In this document: one piece after another, positions 37,250 to 47,124 of the stretch | Layout of the letters: each line of letters opens with the position of its first letter | Position numbering within the stretch: the first letter of the stretch is position 1 | From: Candidatus Iainarchaeum sp. | Lineage (GTDB): Archaea > Iainarchaeota > Iainarchaeia > Iainarchaeales > JAAZKV01 | Reading direction: 5' to 3' | DNA length: 64,000 nt | Assembly: GCA_026397015.1 (NCBI GenBank) | Contig: JAPLVR010000003.1 | Location: forward strand, 276,134 to 340,133 | Position numbers and translations under genes: made by a program | The notes under the pieces: generated by a model | What the model saw: only the letters and a program-made list of their open reading frames with translations | The model's database searches: none | What the model was told of the DNA's origin: nothing

Positions 37250-38065
37250 TTGTATTTAGGCAGCCCCGCATTGCCGATCAAATTGGTTCCGGCGGACGCA
37301 GTAAAATCGTTGGATGATATTATCAGAAAGAAAAAGCGCTGGCACAAATTCGAGATAGCGACATTGAAGCTAATTCTCGTGCCCTATTTCTACTTTAATT
37401 ATCACTACTTTAAGGAAAAGGAGAAGGGCGGAGAAAAAATAATTGAAAGCTCGGTGGACGGCTTTCTTGCGATGAATGGGGAAACGCTTCAAATTGACGA
37501 GGAAACAACCACATTGATAAAGGAGAACATAAAAGCGGCTTCGGCCGAGGCACCGGGCATAGAATTTGAAATAATTGAAACGGGGATTGAAAAAAAGGAG
37601 CAGGAAACCGTTCTGAAGCTCAAGCTCGCGGAATATTTCCAAATATCGAAGGCAAACGTTGTTATTTCCAGCACAAAAAAAATTCTTTTGCCGCTCTACA
37701 AATCGTTTGTGACTGTTGAAGAAGGCACATTTCAGGTGCTGATAAACGCGGTAAACGGAGAAATTTCGGGAATTGAAAAAGTTCCGGCAAGGGAAAGGGA
37801 GCTCATAGAAATAACAAAAGAAACCATTAACGAGTTAAAGGACCCTGCTGCGTGGGTGGAATACACGAAAGGAATTTTATTCGAGACAAAAAAAATTGTT
37901 GTTCCGAAAAAAATGGCTGAAAAATCTGCCCGCGAATCGAAAAAAAGCGGAAGCGGAGAAGGATTTTCCATTGATTTAAATTTCTTTTCAAGCAAGTGGA
38001 TTCTGGTTCTGATAATGATATTGGCGCTTTTTGTGATTTACATGGCGCTCTTCGGAAGGCGCTAA
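37250..38065 (+). CDS. Hypothetical tail-anchored protein next to sepF (TTG start)
   Basis: 271 aa with no signal peptide and a C-terminal TM plus RR end (WILVLIMILALFVIYMALFGRR). Two similar internal modules (LILVPYFYFNYHY...VDGFLAMNGETL / ILLPLYKSFVTVEEG...INAVNGEI). Confidence 0.5.
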   Translation: MYLGSPALPIKLVPADAVKSLDDIIRKKKRWHKFEIATLKLILVPYFYFNYHYFKEKEKGGEKIIESSVDGFLAMNGETLQIDEETTTLIKENIKAASAEAPGIEFEIIETGIEKKEQETVLKLKLAEYFQISKANVVISSTKKILLPLYKSFVTVEEGTFQVLINAVNGEISGIEKVPARERELIEITKETINELKDPAAWVEYTKGILFETKKIVVPKKMAEKSARESKKSGSGEGFSIDLNFFSSKWILVLIMILALFVIYMALFGRR

Positions 38066-38144
38066 CAAAAGGACGCGAAAAGAAAACTTGGAATCTGAAC
38101 GCCGGCACCCTTCAAAATCAGACTCTCTTCAAAATTCGGGAAAA

Positions 38145-40826
38145 TCAACCGACTATTTCCGCCGCACAAATCTGGTTCGCCGGAACAACTGCTGTTTTTG
38201 CGCCGGCCAATTCGGTCGCCAAAACTTTCTGCTGATTCCAAAAGACTATCCATTTCGGGCTTCCCGTGCCGCTCATTTCCCTTGCGACACAAACGTCTTT
38301 GGTCTTTATTTTGTTCAAAATATCTTTCAGAATACTTATTTTGTCCGTGTTAAGCGAACTTACAAATGAAGCCGAAGTATTAGAGTAACTTAATGAGCAA
38401 GCGGCACCTGTGCTTGTACAGCTGCCTAATGCGCCTTCGCCTTTGTAAAAAGCGCTGACAGACGGGCTTGAAGGCTTGAAATCGAGCGACTGGTTAACTG
38501 CGCCCACTGGCAAGTAAAGGACCGTTTCGAGATAAATGTTACTATCAGGAATTAATCCTGCTTTGAATTTATCCAATTCGAATTGGGTGCCTGCTATAGG
38601 TGCATCCGGTTCCCTGTAAGGCAACGGATCTACCCCTGGAGATACGATACTTCCGCATCCGTTCTTAACCGAACTTGCAAAGCCCGTCCAATAAGAGAAA
38701 GTGTCTTTTCCGTTGAAGGGAGTTCCCCAGTCACCAGAAACATTGAACGAAGAATTTGCAGTTCCTGCACCGCCAGCATTTATTCGAATGAAAATCGGAA
38801 TCGCGAATGTGTTGTAAAGGATTCTGTTCAGATTTTGCTCTCCGCCTTCCATATACTCAAGCAGGTAACCGCTTTTCAAAACATTTGTTGCATACGGAAA
38901 ATTTGTAAATGCCTCGTTATACATTGAAATATTGTTTGAAACGCCGTCGGAATTAAAGTCGCTGTCGTAAAAGAACCAGTGCAAAGCTGGCTTGGAAACC
39001 GGCCCCGTAAGCTTAATTTCAATCTGCAACTTAGGGTCTACTGCAGCAGTGCTGCCGCTCAAACATGTGTCGCCGAAAACGTATGCGCAGTCACTACCTG
39101 AAACACTTGGAGGTGCCGACCTTGAAACTGTTATTGCAACATCATACGAGCCGGCATCAACAAACCCCATATAGTTTCCGTTGACGCTTATTTTTGCCGC
39201 ATTGTAAAGGGCTGAAAGCCTTGCAAATTTATCCGCATTTGTAGCCCCATAAACGTTCGCGTTTACTCCTGAATTTGAAAGGAAACTATTTATTATCCCG
39301 AGACTTTTTGTAATTTCTTCGGCACTAACTTGCTGGTCTCGCACATAAGAACTGAAAGCCATATACTGCGCTTCTTCAGCTGAGCCTTCTCCCTGATCAG
39401 TCCTTATCTCCGCAACCTTTGCAATTTTGTTTGCGAGCTCCACAAGGAATTCTGACTGCATGCAGTAGACATAATTCGAATTACTCGAATCACATTCATC
39501 AATTGATATTGCCCCGCCGCCCGTGCTTCCTCCGTGGACGAGATTTACTTGCGGGTCAACTTCTTCGCCCGTGCGGCCAACCAGCCCTTCAAACCCTATA
39601 CATTCATTCTGACCCGCGGCAACTTTGACTTCCGCCTGGAAATCCTGCTGGTCAAGCAGCCCGACAGTGTAATCTATTGGGCTTGAGGAGATTGAAGCTG
39701 ATTCCGGATTGGAACCGTTGAATAGGTAATTCACGTTCAGGGAAACAGCCGATGTTATTGGGCTGTTTGATTTTGCAAACGTTAATTTCAGCGGAACGAT
39801 TAGTGACCCTCCATTTTCAATAGGCCAACCGTTATATTCTGTCGGAGCAACACAGGTTACGCCGTTTGACGCCGTACAACTAAAAGTTGTTGTTGTTTCC
39901 TGTGCGCCGGAATTGTTCACCAAAATAAAGTAAATCGTTTCATTATATCCCCCTGTCTGTTCGAAGTGCCTTATTGCCTTTGTTTGTGCCGGGCCAAAAA
40001 TTAAGAGGGATGGACGAGACGGGGGAACAGGTTCAACCACATTAACGACTATTTCTTGAGAATCCCTCCAAACAAAATTTGCCTCTCCTTCTCCAGGGAT
40101 AGGTGCCCCAGCGATTGCAAACAACCCATATTTCAGTTTCATTTTGTACGTGCCAGCTTCAGCAAATGTGTATTCGACTGTGTTATTTGCCCAGTCATTG
40201 CCACTTCCAACTTTAAAATCTTCAGAAACATTACCACAGATCTCCTGTGACAGCTTCCCATCCGCCCCAAACGCGCCCGATGGGACCGTTTTGTAAAGTG
40301 TGGAAGGAATGTATGCACAAAACCCTATTTTGACTTGACCGCCACTGTCCCTGCAAAGCACTTGAAGACCTCCCGAATTTGGCAAGCTAATTAACCCGTT
40401 ATTGCAACTATGCCCGGGGTTATGAACTCCATGATCAAAAAGGCAGTATTTAACTGTGGAATACGCCTTCGGAGAACACCAACCAACTTGGCCGCTATCA
40501 CAGGAATTCGTCACAAGATAACTGTCTTTACGGACTGTTGCGTCTGAGGAATTGTAGAGTGCCACGAAAGGCGCCACTGCCCCTTGGAGAGCCTGATCAT
40601 CACAATAAGCATTCATTTTCCCAAATGTTAATGTCATTTTCGTTCCAACTGGGAAAGAATTATCCGGATTGGCAGTCTGATCATAGGAAGGAGTGGTTGT
40701 AAGCGCATTATCCAATTGAGGCACCATGCAGTGAACATTTTGTTCGATGACAAATGAAAATGAAAAAGGCGTTAAGACAAAAAGCGCTAGAACCAAGCAA
40801 AACACGGCAACTTTTCTTGAAGTCAT
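38145..40826 (-). CDS. Secreted Cys-rich protein, 893 aa, no recognisable domain (surface operon gene 3)
   Basis: Signal peptide MTSRKVAVFCLVLALFVLTPFSFS and many Cys. ATGA overlap with the upstream gene. Confidence 0.65.
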   Translation of the reverse strand: MTSRKVAVFCLVLALFVLTPFSFSFVIEQNVHCMVPQLDNALTTTPSYDQTANPDNSFPVGTKMTLTFGKMNAYCDDQALQGAVAPFVALYNSSDATVRKDSYLVTNSCDSGQVGWCSPKAYSTVKYCLFDHGVHNPGHSCNNGLISLPNSGGLQVLCRDSGGQVKIGFCAYIPSTLYKTVPSGAFGADGKLSQEICGNVSEDFKVGSGNDWANNTVEYTFAEAGTYKMKLKYGLFAIAGAPIPGEGEANFVWRDSQEIVVNVVEPVPPSRPSLLIFGPAQTKAIRHFEQTGGYNETIYFILVNNSGAQETTTTFSCTASNGVTCVAPTEYNGWPIENGGSLIVPLKLTFAKSNSPITSAVSLNVNYLFNGSNPESASISSSPIDYTVGLLDQQDFQAEVKVAAGQNECIGFEGLVGRTGEEVDPQVNLVHGGSTGGGAISIDECDSSNSNYVYCMQSEFLVELANKIAKVAEIRTDQGEGSAEEAQYMAFSSYVRDQQVSAEEITKSLGIINSFLSNSGVNANVYGATNADKFARLSALYNAAKISVNGNYMGFVDAGSYDVAITVSRSAPPSVSGSDCAYVFGDTCLSGSTAAVDPKLQIEIKLTGPVSKPALHWFFYDSDFNSDGVSNNISMYNEAFTNFPYATNVLKSGYLLEYMEGGEQNLNRILYNTFAIPIFIRINAGGAGTANSSFNVSGDWGTPFNGKDTFSYWTGFASSVKNGCGSIVSPGVDPLPYREPDAPIAGTQFELDKFKAGLIPDSNIYLETVLYLPVGAVNQSLDFKPSSPSVSAFYKGEGALGSCTSTGAACSLSYSNTSASFVSSLNTDKISILKDILNKIKTKDVCVAREMSGTGSPKWIVFWNQQKVLATELAGAKTAVVPANQICAAEIVG

Positions 40827-42559
40827 TTCTTTTTCACCTTCTCTTTTTTGTGCTGAACCTCTTTCTTCTTAACAGCCTGCTTAACAGAAATTTTCTTCGG
40901 GCTCCTCAGCACCGTGAAAAGAACAGCCAATGCAATCACTATAATTATTATTGCCGCCCACAAAATAAAAGGTATGCTGAAAATCGACAGGAACGAAATT
41001 GGCTCTATTGCGGGCTGGCATGTTCCAATACAACACAAACCCTGAACCGATTTGTAGGAGTTTCCTCTGCACGCTTCCCCTGCGGAGCAGATTATGCCTG
41101 CGCACTCGGTCGGCTGTGCCTGCCCTTCCGATTGTTTTGAAGAGAAATCTAATGTAAACATCTGCTGCCTTTTTGCATCAAAGTCATCAACTGTCATTGT
41201 AAGGTCGCCCTTCCTTAAGTAAATACTTTTCTTGTAAATGCCGGGCTGGTTTATCTGCTCTTCAAAAAGCGTTTCATCCGAAGAAAAGATTCTTACCCTT
41301 GCATTGATGCTTTCTTTTTCGAGGGTGAGAGAAAGCGTTTCGGCGGATTCCTCATATGCCCAAGTTACTTTTACAACTCGCGGGTGCCTTGCGTCATAAG
41401 CTGCTTGTATCTCTTCAATTGGCGCGGGAAAGCATTCCTGCTCGTAAATTGTCCCGCCTTTCTCAATCTTTGCGCATATCTTTGTAAACTTTTTAGACTC
41501 GAGGTTGAAGGACTGCAAAATAATGTACCTGAATTCCTCGCCCCCCGCACCGAGCTTTTCTCCTTCGGCGGATTTTTCCTCAATCAATTTTTCGCCATCA
41601 TAAATCTCTGCCTTTATCGAATAACCTTCAAAAGCTGGATAGTTGAAATGGTCAGGACTGCCCGCAATTAATAGGTTGAGTGAATATTTTCCAACATCAA
41701 GACCGTCAATGAAAATTTTTCTGAATTTTGCTGTGCCGCCGGCGACGATTGCCCTGTTTTTGTAAACCGATTCTGTCTTGTCTCCGTTGAAAAGTTTGAG
41801 ATTTATTTCATAAGCGGAAGGAATTGCAGGGGCTTTCATGGCAACTTGCACATCAACAGTTCCGCCTGCAGGGATTGATATTACATCAACAACCGTTTCC
41901 TCCGGATTTTCGCAAAATGCTGAAGCCCAATCACACATTGAAACGTGCAATTTTAGAGAATCTTTTGGAACAGTTGAAGGATTCGAAACGCGCACGACAC
42001 CTTTTATTTCTCCATTTGGTTCAACTGGAAATCCAACCGGGCCAACGGTATCATTGAATTTTGTATTTTCCCTGTCAATCGATGCTTTTGCTTCCGCACT
42101 GCCCCCCGAAACTTTAAACTCTTTCGATGCCGGCGCCAGGAATATTGCGCTATTGCCAATAAGAATTGATTTCAGCGCCCAGGAATAAATATCTATCCTA
42201 TATTCTCCACTTTCCTGCGCATCAACAGAAAAATTTATTGTTTTATTTGCGTTCGGAAGTATCCATATGTCGCCATAATTTTTCTCTGAAATAACGTTGT
42301 CCTTTGTGGTAAATTGCGCCACATAATCGTATTTTCCCTGCGCCAATTGAACTACGACTTTCGCCCCCAAAAGCGGATAATTTTCAGAATTCAAGAGGGT
42401 TATTTTTCCCGTTATCGGTTCGCCGCTTTGGAACTCTGCCTTATCAAGCTGAATCGTTACTGCGCCTTTCCAAATCAAATCTTCGAATGAGTATGCGAAT
42501 GCTCCCGAAAGCAGGAACGTCAAAGCCAAAAATAATGCGATTTGCTGCAGTACCTTCAT
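40823..42559 (-). CDS. Surface protein, 578 aa: signal peptide, Ig/CARDB-like modules, Cys cluster, C-terminal TM and Lys-rich tail (surface operon gene 2)
   Basis: MKVLQQIALFLALTFLLSGAFA; FQSGEPITGKITLLNSENYPLLGAKVVVQL; ECAGIICSAGEACRGNSYKSVQGLCCIGTCQP; FILWAAIIIIVIALAVLFTVL followed by a 27-aa K-rich tail. Confidence 0.65.
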   Translation of the reverse strand: MKVLQQIALFLALTFLLSGAFAYSFEDLIWKGAVTIQLDKAEFQSGEPITGKITLLNSENYPLLGAKVVVQLAQGKYDYVAQFTTKDNVISEKNYGDIWILPNANKTINFSVDAQESGEYRIDIYSWALKSILIGNSAIFLAPASKEFKVSGGSAEAKASIDRENTKFNDTVGPVGFPVEPNGEIKGVVRVSNPSTVPKDSLKLHVSMCDWASAFCENPEETVVDVISIPAGGTVDVQVAMKAPAIPSAYEINLKLFNGDKTESVYKNRAIVAGGTAKFRKIFIDGLDVGKYSLNLLIAGSPDHFNYPAFEGYSIKAEIYDGEKLIEEKSAEGEKLGAGGEEFRYIILQSFNLESKKFTKICAKIEKGGTIYEQECFPAPIEEIQAAYDARHPRVVKVTWAYEESAETLSLTLEKESINARVRIFSSDETLFEEQINQPGIYKKSIYLRKGDLTMTVDDFDAKRQQMFTLDFSSKQSEGQAQPTECAGIICSAGEACRGNSYKSVQGLCCIGTCQPAIEPISFLSIFSIPFILWAAIIIIVIALAVLFTVLRSPKKISVKQAVKKKEVQHKKEKVKKK

Positions 42560-45500
42560 TATTTCGCCCTCCCTTTATTTACATAATCTGTAATATTTAT
42601 TATGCTGTAATTGGTTCCGCTTGAAGTTCCCTTGTTCAGCAAAAAATCCATTTTGCCGCTGGAATCAATAGGCGTATTGTTTGTTCCGAAGTACCTTGCC
42701 TTTATTATTCCCAGGTATCTCCCATTTAGGTACCCTCCTTCGATCCAAAAAAACAAACTTGAATCGGCGGGCGCGCACACTATTTGTGTAGTTGGATTAT
42801 TAACACCGGAATTGCTGAAAATTGAATAGTCAATCGTGCCCAGTGTTTGCGTAATCCCATTCGTCGATTTTACGGAATAAGTGCCGAGCGTTATTTCTTT
42901 CGCCGTGCCCCCCGAAGTCAACTTTACGTTGCAGCCATAGTTGGCCGCTGTTCCAGGGTTTGCGGTGCCAGGGCCAACAGTTAATCCGAAAGAATCCACA
43001 GCAACTTTTGGAGTTTCCGAATCCTTATTTGTGCCAATGCTTTTTCTACAAGAATTTGTTATTGAAAATGCCTCTGATGCATTAGATATGAGGTCGAAGC
43101 TGTCCTTGGAAATCACGAAACAATCTGACGGCCTCGTCAGGTGCACTATTGCACGCTCAGCCATTACAAATCTTTTGTTTGTGCCCGCAAACTTTGCTTT
43201 CACCAAAATCGGGAAGAAACCTAAAATGTCCGTAAAGTTTGGATCCGGCTTAGCTGAAAGAGGAAGGTAACCCTTGTTCATTCCATTAATATTGAATGAG
43301 TGGGAATTAAGAGGATAGCCCGCGAGAGAAGGAATTGTTATTTCAAGAGTGCTCGCATTAATGTCTGTTTCAAGCTTTACAACAACATCCCTCACACAAT
43401 TGTTAGTAACTATCAGCGTTGCGTTTGCGCCCCACTCCAAAGTTGTTTCGCTTTCCTCTGTAATGTTTGGAACGCCTGCAAATACAGCATCAACGCATGC
43501 AAGAGAAGGATCCGGACCCTGGCCCCTTCCTGCATAAAGTGTTGCACTTAGCATCTCAAAATCAGGATTAACTGCTGAGGCATTTATATCTAAACAATCA
43601 ACATTATACACGTAAACACCCGGAATGTTTTTCCAAAAATATCCGTCGGCAGGAGAATTTACGCCAGCAATAAGCCCGACTAAAGGCGGGTGAGTATCGC
43701 CATAAGGATCAATTGCAATAGTTTTTGTTCCTGTTCCTCTGCAATTTCTGTAAACTGTAACCGAAGCGTTTCCAAGTTTTACCAAATTTTTATCGGAAAT
43801 CGGCTGAGTCGAGCCGGGCAAACCTGTCAAATAAACGTAACCGTCAAAGTTTTGGTCCGGGAAGCGCGCAAGGAATTCCGCGTCCAAACTTATCTGGCTT
43901 CCAAGGGTGTGAGTTGAAACGAGCGCCGCATAAATTTTGCCGCTTGAATTCGTGTCCATTACGAGCCAGTTGTCCTTATTCAATTTGCTTGAATAGACTA
44001 ACATATCTATTGGTGATGAACATTCTCCGGATACAATTGTTCCAACCGGGAAAGTTTTCATCTGCACTGTCTGATCGTCAATGTAAAGGTAGCCGCTGCC
44101 GCTGAAACCCGGCTTGCCTATTACCGTGAGATCCAAAGTTGCAGCTGAAAACACAACCAAATTTCCGAAAGAAATATTTGCCCCTGAATTATTGCAAACG
44201 CTTATGCTCGCCTTGTTGAATTGATTTCCTACAAGAACGCGGGAGCTGGTTCCTTGAGAAGCTATTACGCCTGCAGGAACGCCTGAAGTCAATTGTGTTA
44301 AATCAACTGCAGTGTCCTTTATTGAAACGTCAAAATAAATTCCCTTTTTAACCGGCTTTCCGACAACGAACATTACTTTTTTCAATTCCGTTTGGGATGC
44401 GAATGAAGTGTGTTTTTCTTTTGCGCGGTAACCAACCGTAACAGTATCGCCCTTGAGCGCAGTTGGTCCGAGAAGGAAATCAACTGCAAAAGAATATACT
44501 CCTGTCGGAAGAGGGTCATTTTTCCAATCCGTTCCGACCTGAACATTTTTTAGGAAACATCCCGATGTTGTTGGGAAATAATAATTGTCATCGCATACTG
44601 TTGCGGAGCAGTTGGCTTGTGAACCTCTGCAAGTGAAAACCGAGGGCGAAGGCGGATTGTAATAGAAAGGCGTCGCAAGTTTTGATGGAATGCTTATCAT
44701 TTCTGCCGTCCCGTTGCTTTTTGAAACAATATTTATGTCCGCCATTGAAAGCAATTCCTGATAACTCACTTCTTTATTTATCACAATATCGAGCTTCACA
44801 TAGTAATGCTTGCCATTTGTAGAGTCTGTTGAGAAAGTCGTTACTGTTGAGGCGTCCTTGCCTTTCCACGGATCATCCGTAACGTTGTAAAGCTGGTCAA
44901 AGAAAATATTTATGTTTCCATCAAGATTTGAAGGATACATCTTTATTGCGTATTCATTTGAACCGACTGCGAGGCTGCCGGGCTCGATTGGAACGCTTGT
45001 AGAAACAAATCCTGAGGCGTTTGCCTTTATCATCAGCCTTTTTGAGCTATCATAATTGAGGGAGCTTGCAAGCAAATGTGAAGAGGAATCGAAAACCATT
45101 TTTTCAGCGGAAACCAAAGTGGAGTAATCTGTTGAACTTGAAATATAAATATTCACATCCGCGCTTTGCATCGCCGAATCGGAAAGCTTTTCCTCAGTTA
45201 TGCCATTGTAAAGCAAAACTTTTATTGTGCTCAGGCTTGTGTCAACATTCAAGTCAAAGAAAATTATTCCCCCCTTATACAGGTTATTGGTGTCAGATAA
45301 TACCGAAACGGCGCCGCCGTAGGACGCTTTCGCCCTGTAAGTGCCTTGCATCATTCCGGAATAAGTTGCTTTTCCGTACGGAACAGTGGTGTCCCTTTCG
45401 GGGTACAATTTTATTGTTCTCAATGCGGCTGCGTTCAATGTTGGAGAACAAGGACTTGTTATGCAAAAATCATAATACAGCCATGTTTTCGCATCGATGA

Positions 45501-46977
45501 GAGGCTTGAGATTGCTTTTCTGCTTTACGCCCACTTCAACTGTGCCGCTATTTGAAGCAGTGGCTTTTTCAAGTTTCACCGAATCATATTCCGTGCTTGA
45601 AGTTTCCTTCAAAGTCGGAACAAATGCGGAATACAAATAACCTTCCTTGTAAACTGTAACAACCAATACATTTCTGTCTCTGACTGTGCAGCTACTTGAA
45701 CCGGCGCCGCCATTCGGATTGCAAAGAATTACCTTTCCATTTGAATCCGTTTGATTTGTTTCCCTGAGCCCCGTGCCCGCAATTGCATTATTGAAATCAA
45801 ATTCCATGTCTTCTAAAGCTACAAGTGCCCCGGGAATCGCTGCACCCGTAGAAGAATCTGTAACCACCAAATTTATTCTTCTCCTGTCCAGGGGGTTAAT
45901 GAATTCAAGATAAATGTTTACTTCTTTTGGAGGACTGACTTTTATTTCAAATTCTATTCCTTTTTGTGTGTAATAGCTTGGGTGATTTACGGTGAGCGAA
46001 TATGCGCCGGGGTCCAAATCGCTTTTTGTATAAGAACCCCTTGAATTTGCAAGATAAGTTCCAAGGATGTCGCCGTCTTTGTAAATGCTTATTGTTGCGC
46101 TTGTCGGATCGACAATTTGCTCCGGAGTTGCTCCTGAAGAAGGCGCTGGTCCCTTGTACAAATTGACCGTTAATGTTCCCTTTGTGTTAGGGTTGTTTTT
46201 TCTCAATACAATCGTGGTTGAAGAATCCGTCAATATTTTTGGCAAAGATGTCACCGCAATGTAACCGTCTGCGCTCGCATCAACAATTTGGAATTGGCAT
46301 TCATCCCTCGCCAAGCTGATGCTTCCATCCGTATCCCCGTCTTCTGAATCGTTCACAGTAAATTTTGTTCCCGGGCTGTTTGCACAAACATATTTTACAA
46401 GCGAGCTTTCTTCGACGATAGTGTTGCCGCTTTCATCCTCAAACAAAACTTCGGCTGCGCCCAAAAACTCGCTCTTAATTTGATAAAGCTTCATTTCATA
46501 TTGAAGGGAACCTAAATCAATCTCTGCGCCTTCTATTGTGCCATAACCTGTTTTCTCCGCGGAAATTAGTGCTGAAAAAGTTTCTTTTGAAGGAAGAATT
46601 ATTTTTCCAATCATGCCAAAAAAATTTACAGGTTCACCCGCAAAAGACAGTGTTGCTTTTCCTTCCGCGCCAGTTACTTTATCCATAAAAGGTGTTCCAC
46701 TTATTGAACCGTATAATTTAACTCCCGGGAGCGGATCTCCTGTATCGCCGTCCTTGGTTATTATCATTGCCTCATAATTGCTGGAAAAATTTAGAAGATA
46801 CCCAACCAGAACCAAAAGAAAAACAATTGAAAGCAAAAAAAGGACGAAACTGGGAATTATTTCGTCAATCTTATCAATTACGTGGTAAACAGGCATCTTT
46901 GCATCTATTTTATCCAAAAGGTTGTACCATTTATCCTCAAAAGAGAAATAAATGTTCTTCAGGAAATCCAACGCCAT
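42559..46977 (-). CDS. Giant N-terminally anchored surface protein, 1472 aa, with tandem carboxypeptidase-regulatory-like beta-sandwich modules (surface operon gene 1)
   Basis: 43-aa cytoplasmic head and TM FVLFLLSIVFLLVLVGYLL. About six ~100-aa modules follow (ITKDGDTGDPLPGVKLYG...TGAEGKATL; VVTDSSTGAAIPGALVALED...TDSNGKVIL), then about 800 unassigned aa. TAATG overlap with gene 2. Confidence 0.7.
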   Translation of the reverse strand: MALDFLKNIYFSFEDKWYNLLDKIDAKMPVYHVIDKIDEIIPSFVLFLLSIVFLLVLVGYLLNFSSNYEAMIITKDGDTGDPLPGVKLYGSISGTPFMDKVTGAEGKATLSFAGEPVNFFGMIGKIILPSKETFSALISAEKTGYGTIEGAEIDLGSLQYEMKLYQIKSEFLGAAEVLFEDESGNTIVEESSLVKYVCANSPGTKFTVNDSEDGDTDGSISLARDECQFQIVDASADGYIAVTSLPKILTDSSTTIVLRKNNPNTKGTLTVNLYKGPAPSSGATPEQIVDPTSATISIYKDGDILGTYLANSRGSYTKSDLDPGAYSLTVNHPSYYTQKGIEFEIKVSPPKEVNIYLEFINPLDRRRINLVVTDSSTGAAIPGALVALEDMEFDFNNAIAGTGLRETNQTDSNGKVILCNPNGGAGSSSCTVRDRNVLVVTVYKEGYLYSAFVPTLKETSSTEYDSVKLEKATASNSGTVEVGVKQKSNLKPLIDAKTWLYYDFCITSPCSPTLNAAALRTIKLYPERDTTVPYGKATYSGMMQGTYRAKASYGGAVSVLSDTNNLYKGGIIFFDLNVDTSLSTIKVLLYNGITEEKLSDSAMQSADVNIYISSSTDYSTLVSAEKMVFDSSSHLLASSLNYDSSKRLMIKANASGFVSTSVPIEPGSLAVGSNEYAIKMYPSNLDGNINIFFDQLYNVTDDPWKGKDASTVTTFSTDSTNGKHYYVKLDIVINKEVSYQELLSMADINIVSKSNGTAEMISIPSKLATPFYYNPPSPSVFTCRGSQANCSATVCDDNYYFPTTSGCFLKNVQVGTDWKNDPLPTGVYSFAVDFLLGPTALKGDTVTVGYRAKEKHTSFASQTELKKVMFVVGKPVKKGIYFDVSIKDTAVDLTQLTSGVPAGVIASQGTSSRVLVGNQFNKASISVCNNSGANISFGNLVVFSAATLDLTVIGKPGFSGSGYLYIDDQTVQMKTFPVGTIVSGECSSPIDMLVYSSKLNKDNWLVMDTNSSGKIYAALVSTHTLGSQISLDAEFLARFPDQNFDGYVYLTGLPGSTQPISDKNLVKLGNASVTVYRNCRGTGTKTIAIDPYGDTHPPLVGLIAGVNSPADGYFWKNIPGVYVYNVDCLDINASAVNPDFEMLSATLYAGRGQGPDPSLACVDAVFAGVPNITEESETTLEWGANATLIVTNNCVRDVVVKLETDINASTLEITIPSLAGYPLNSHSFNINGMNKGYLPLSAKPDPNFTDILGFFPILVKAKFAGTNKRFVMAERAIVHLTRPSDCFVISKDSFDLISNASEAFSITNSCRKSIGTNKDSETPKVAVDSFGLTVGPGTANPGTAANYGCNVKLTSGGTAKEITLGTYSVKSTNGITQTLGTIDYSIFSNSGVNNPTTQIVCAPADSSLFFWIEGGYLNGRYLGIIKARYFGTNNTPIDSSGKMDFLLNKGTSSGTNYSIINITDYVNKGRAK

Positions 46978-46998
46978 CGAAAACTACCCACAATATTT

Positions 46999-47027
46999 TG
47001 TATGCCTGCAATCTTCCGCAGCATACA
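46999..47027 (-). promoter_or_regulatory. Inverted repeat between a TATA-like element and the start of the giant surface gene
   Basis: + strand TGTATGCCTGC (46999-47009) / GCAGCATACA (47018-47027): 10 bp with one bulge and an 8-nt loop. TATA-like TTATATTATATT (minus-strand reading) lies at about 47029-47042; the ATG is at 46977. Confidence 0.3.
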
Positions 47028-47124
47028 CACAATATAATATAACAGTTAAATAATAGTTTTAGGTTGTTAATAAAGCTTTTGCGCTGCAAAATGCGCGAAA
47101 AATGGCCCCGTTGCCGCGGTTGCA

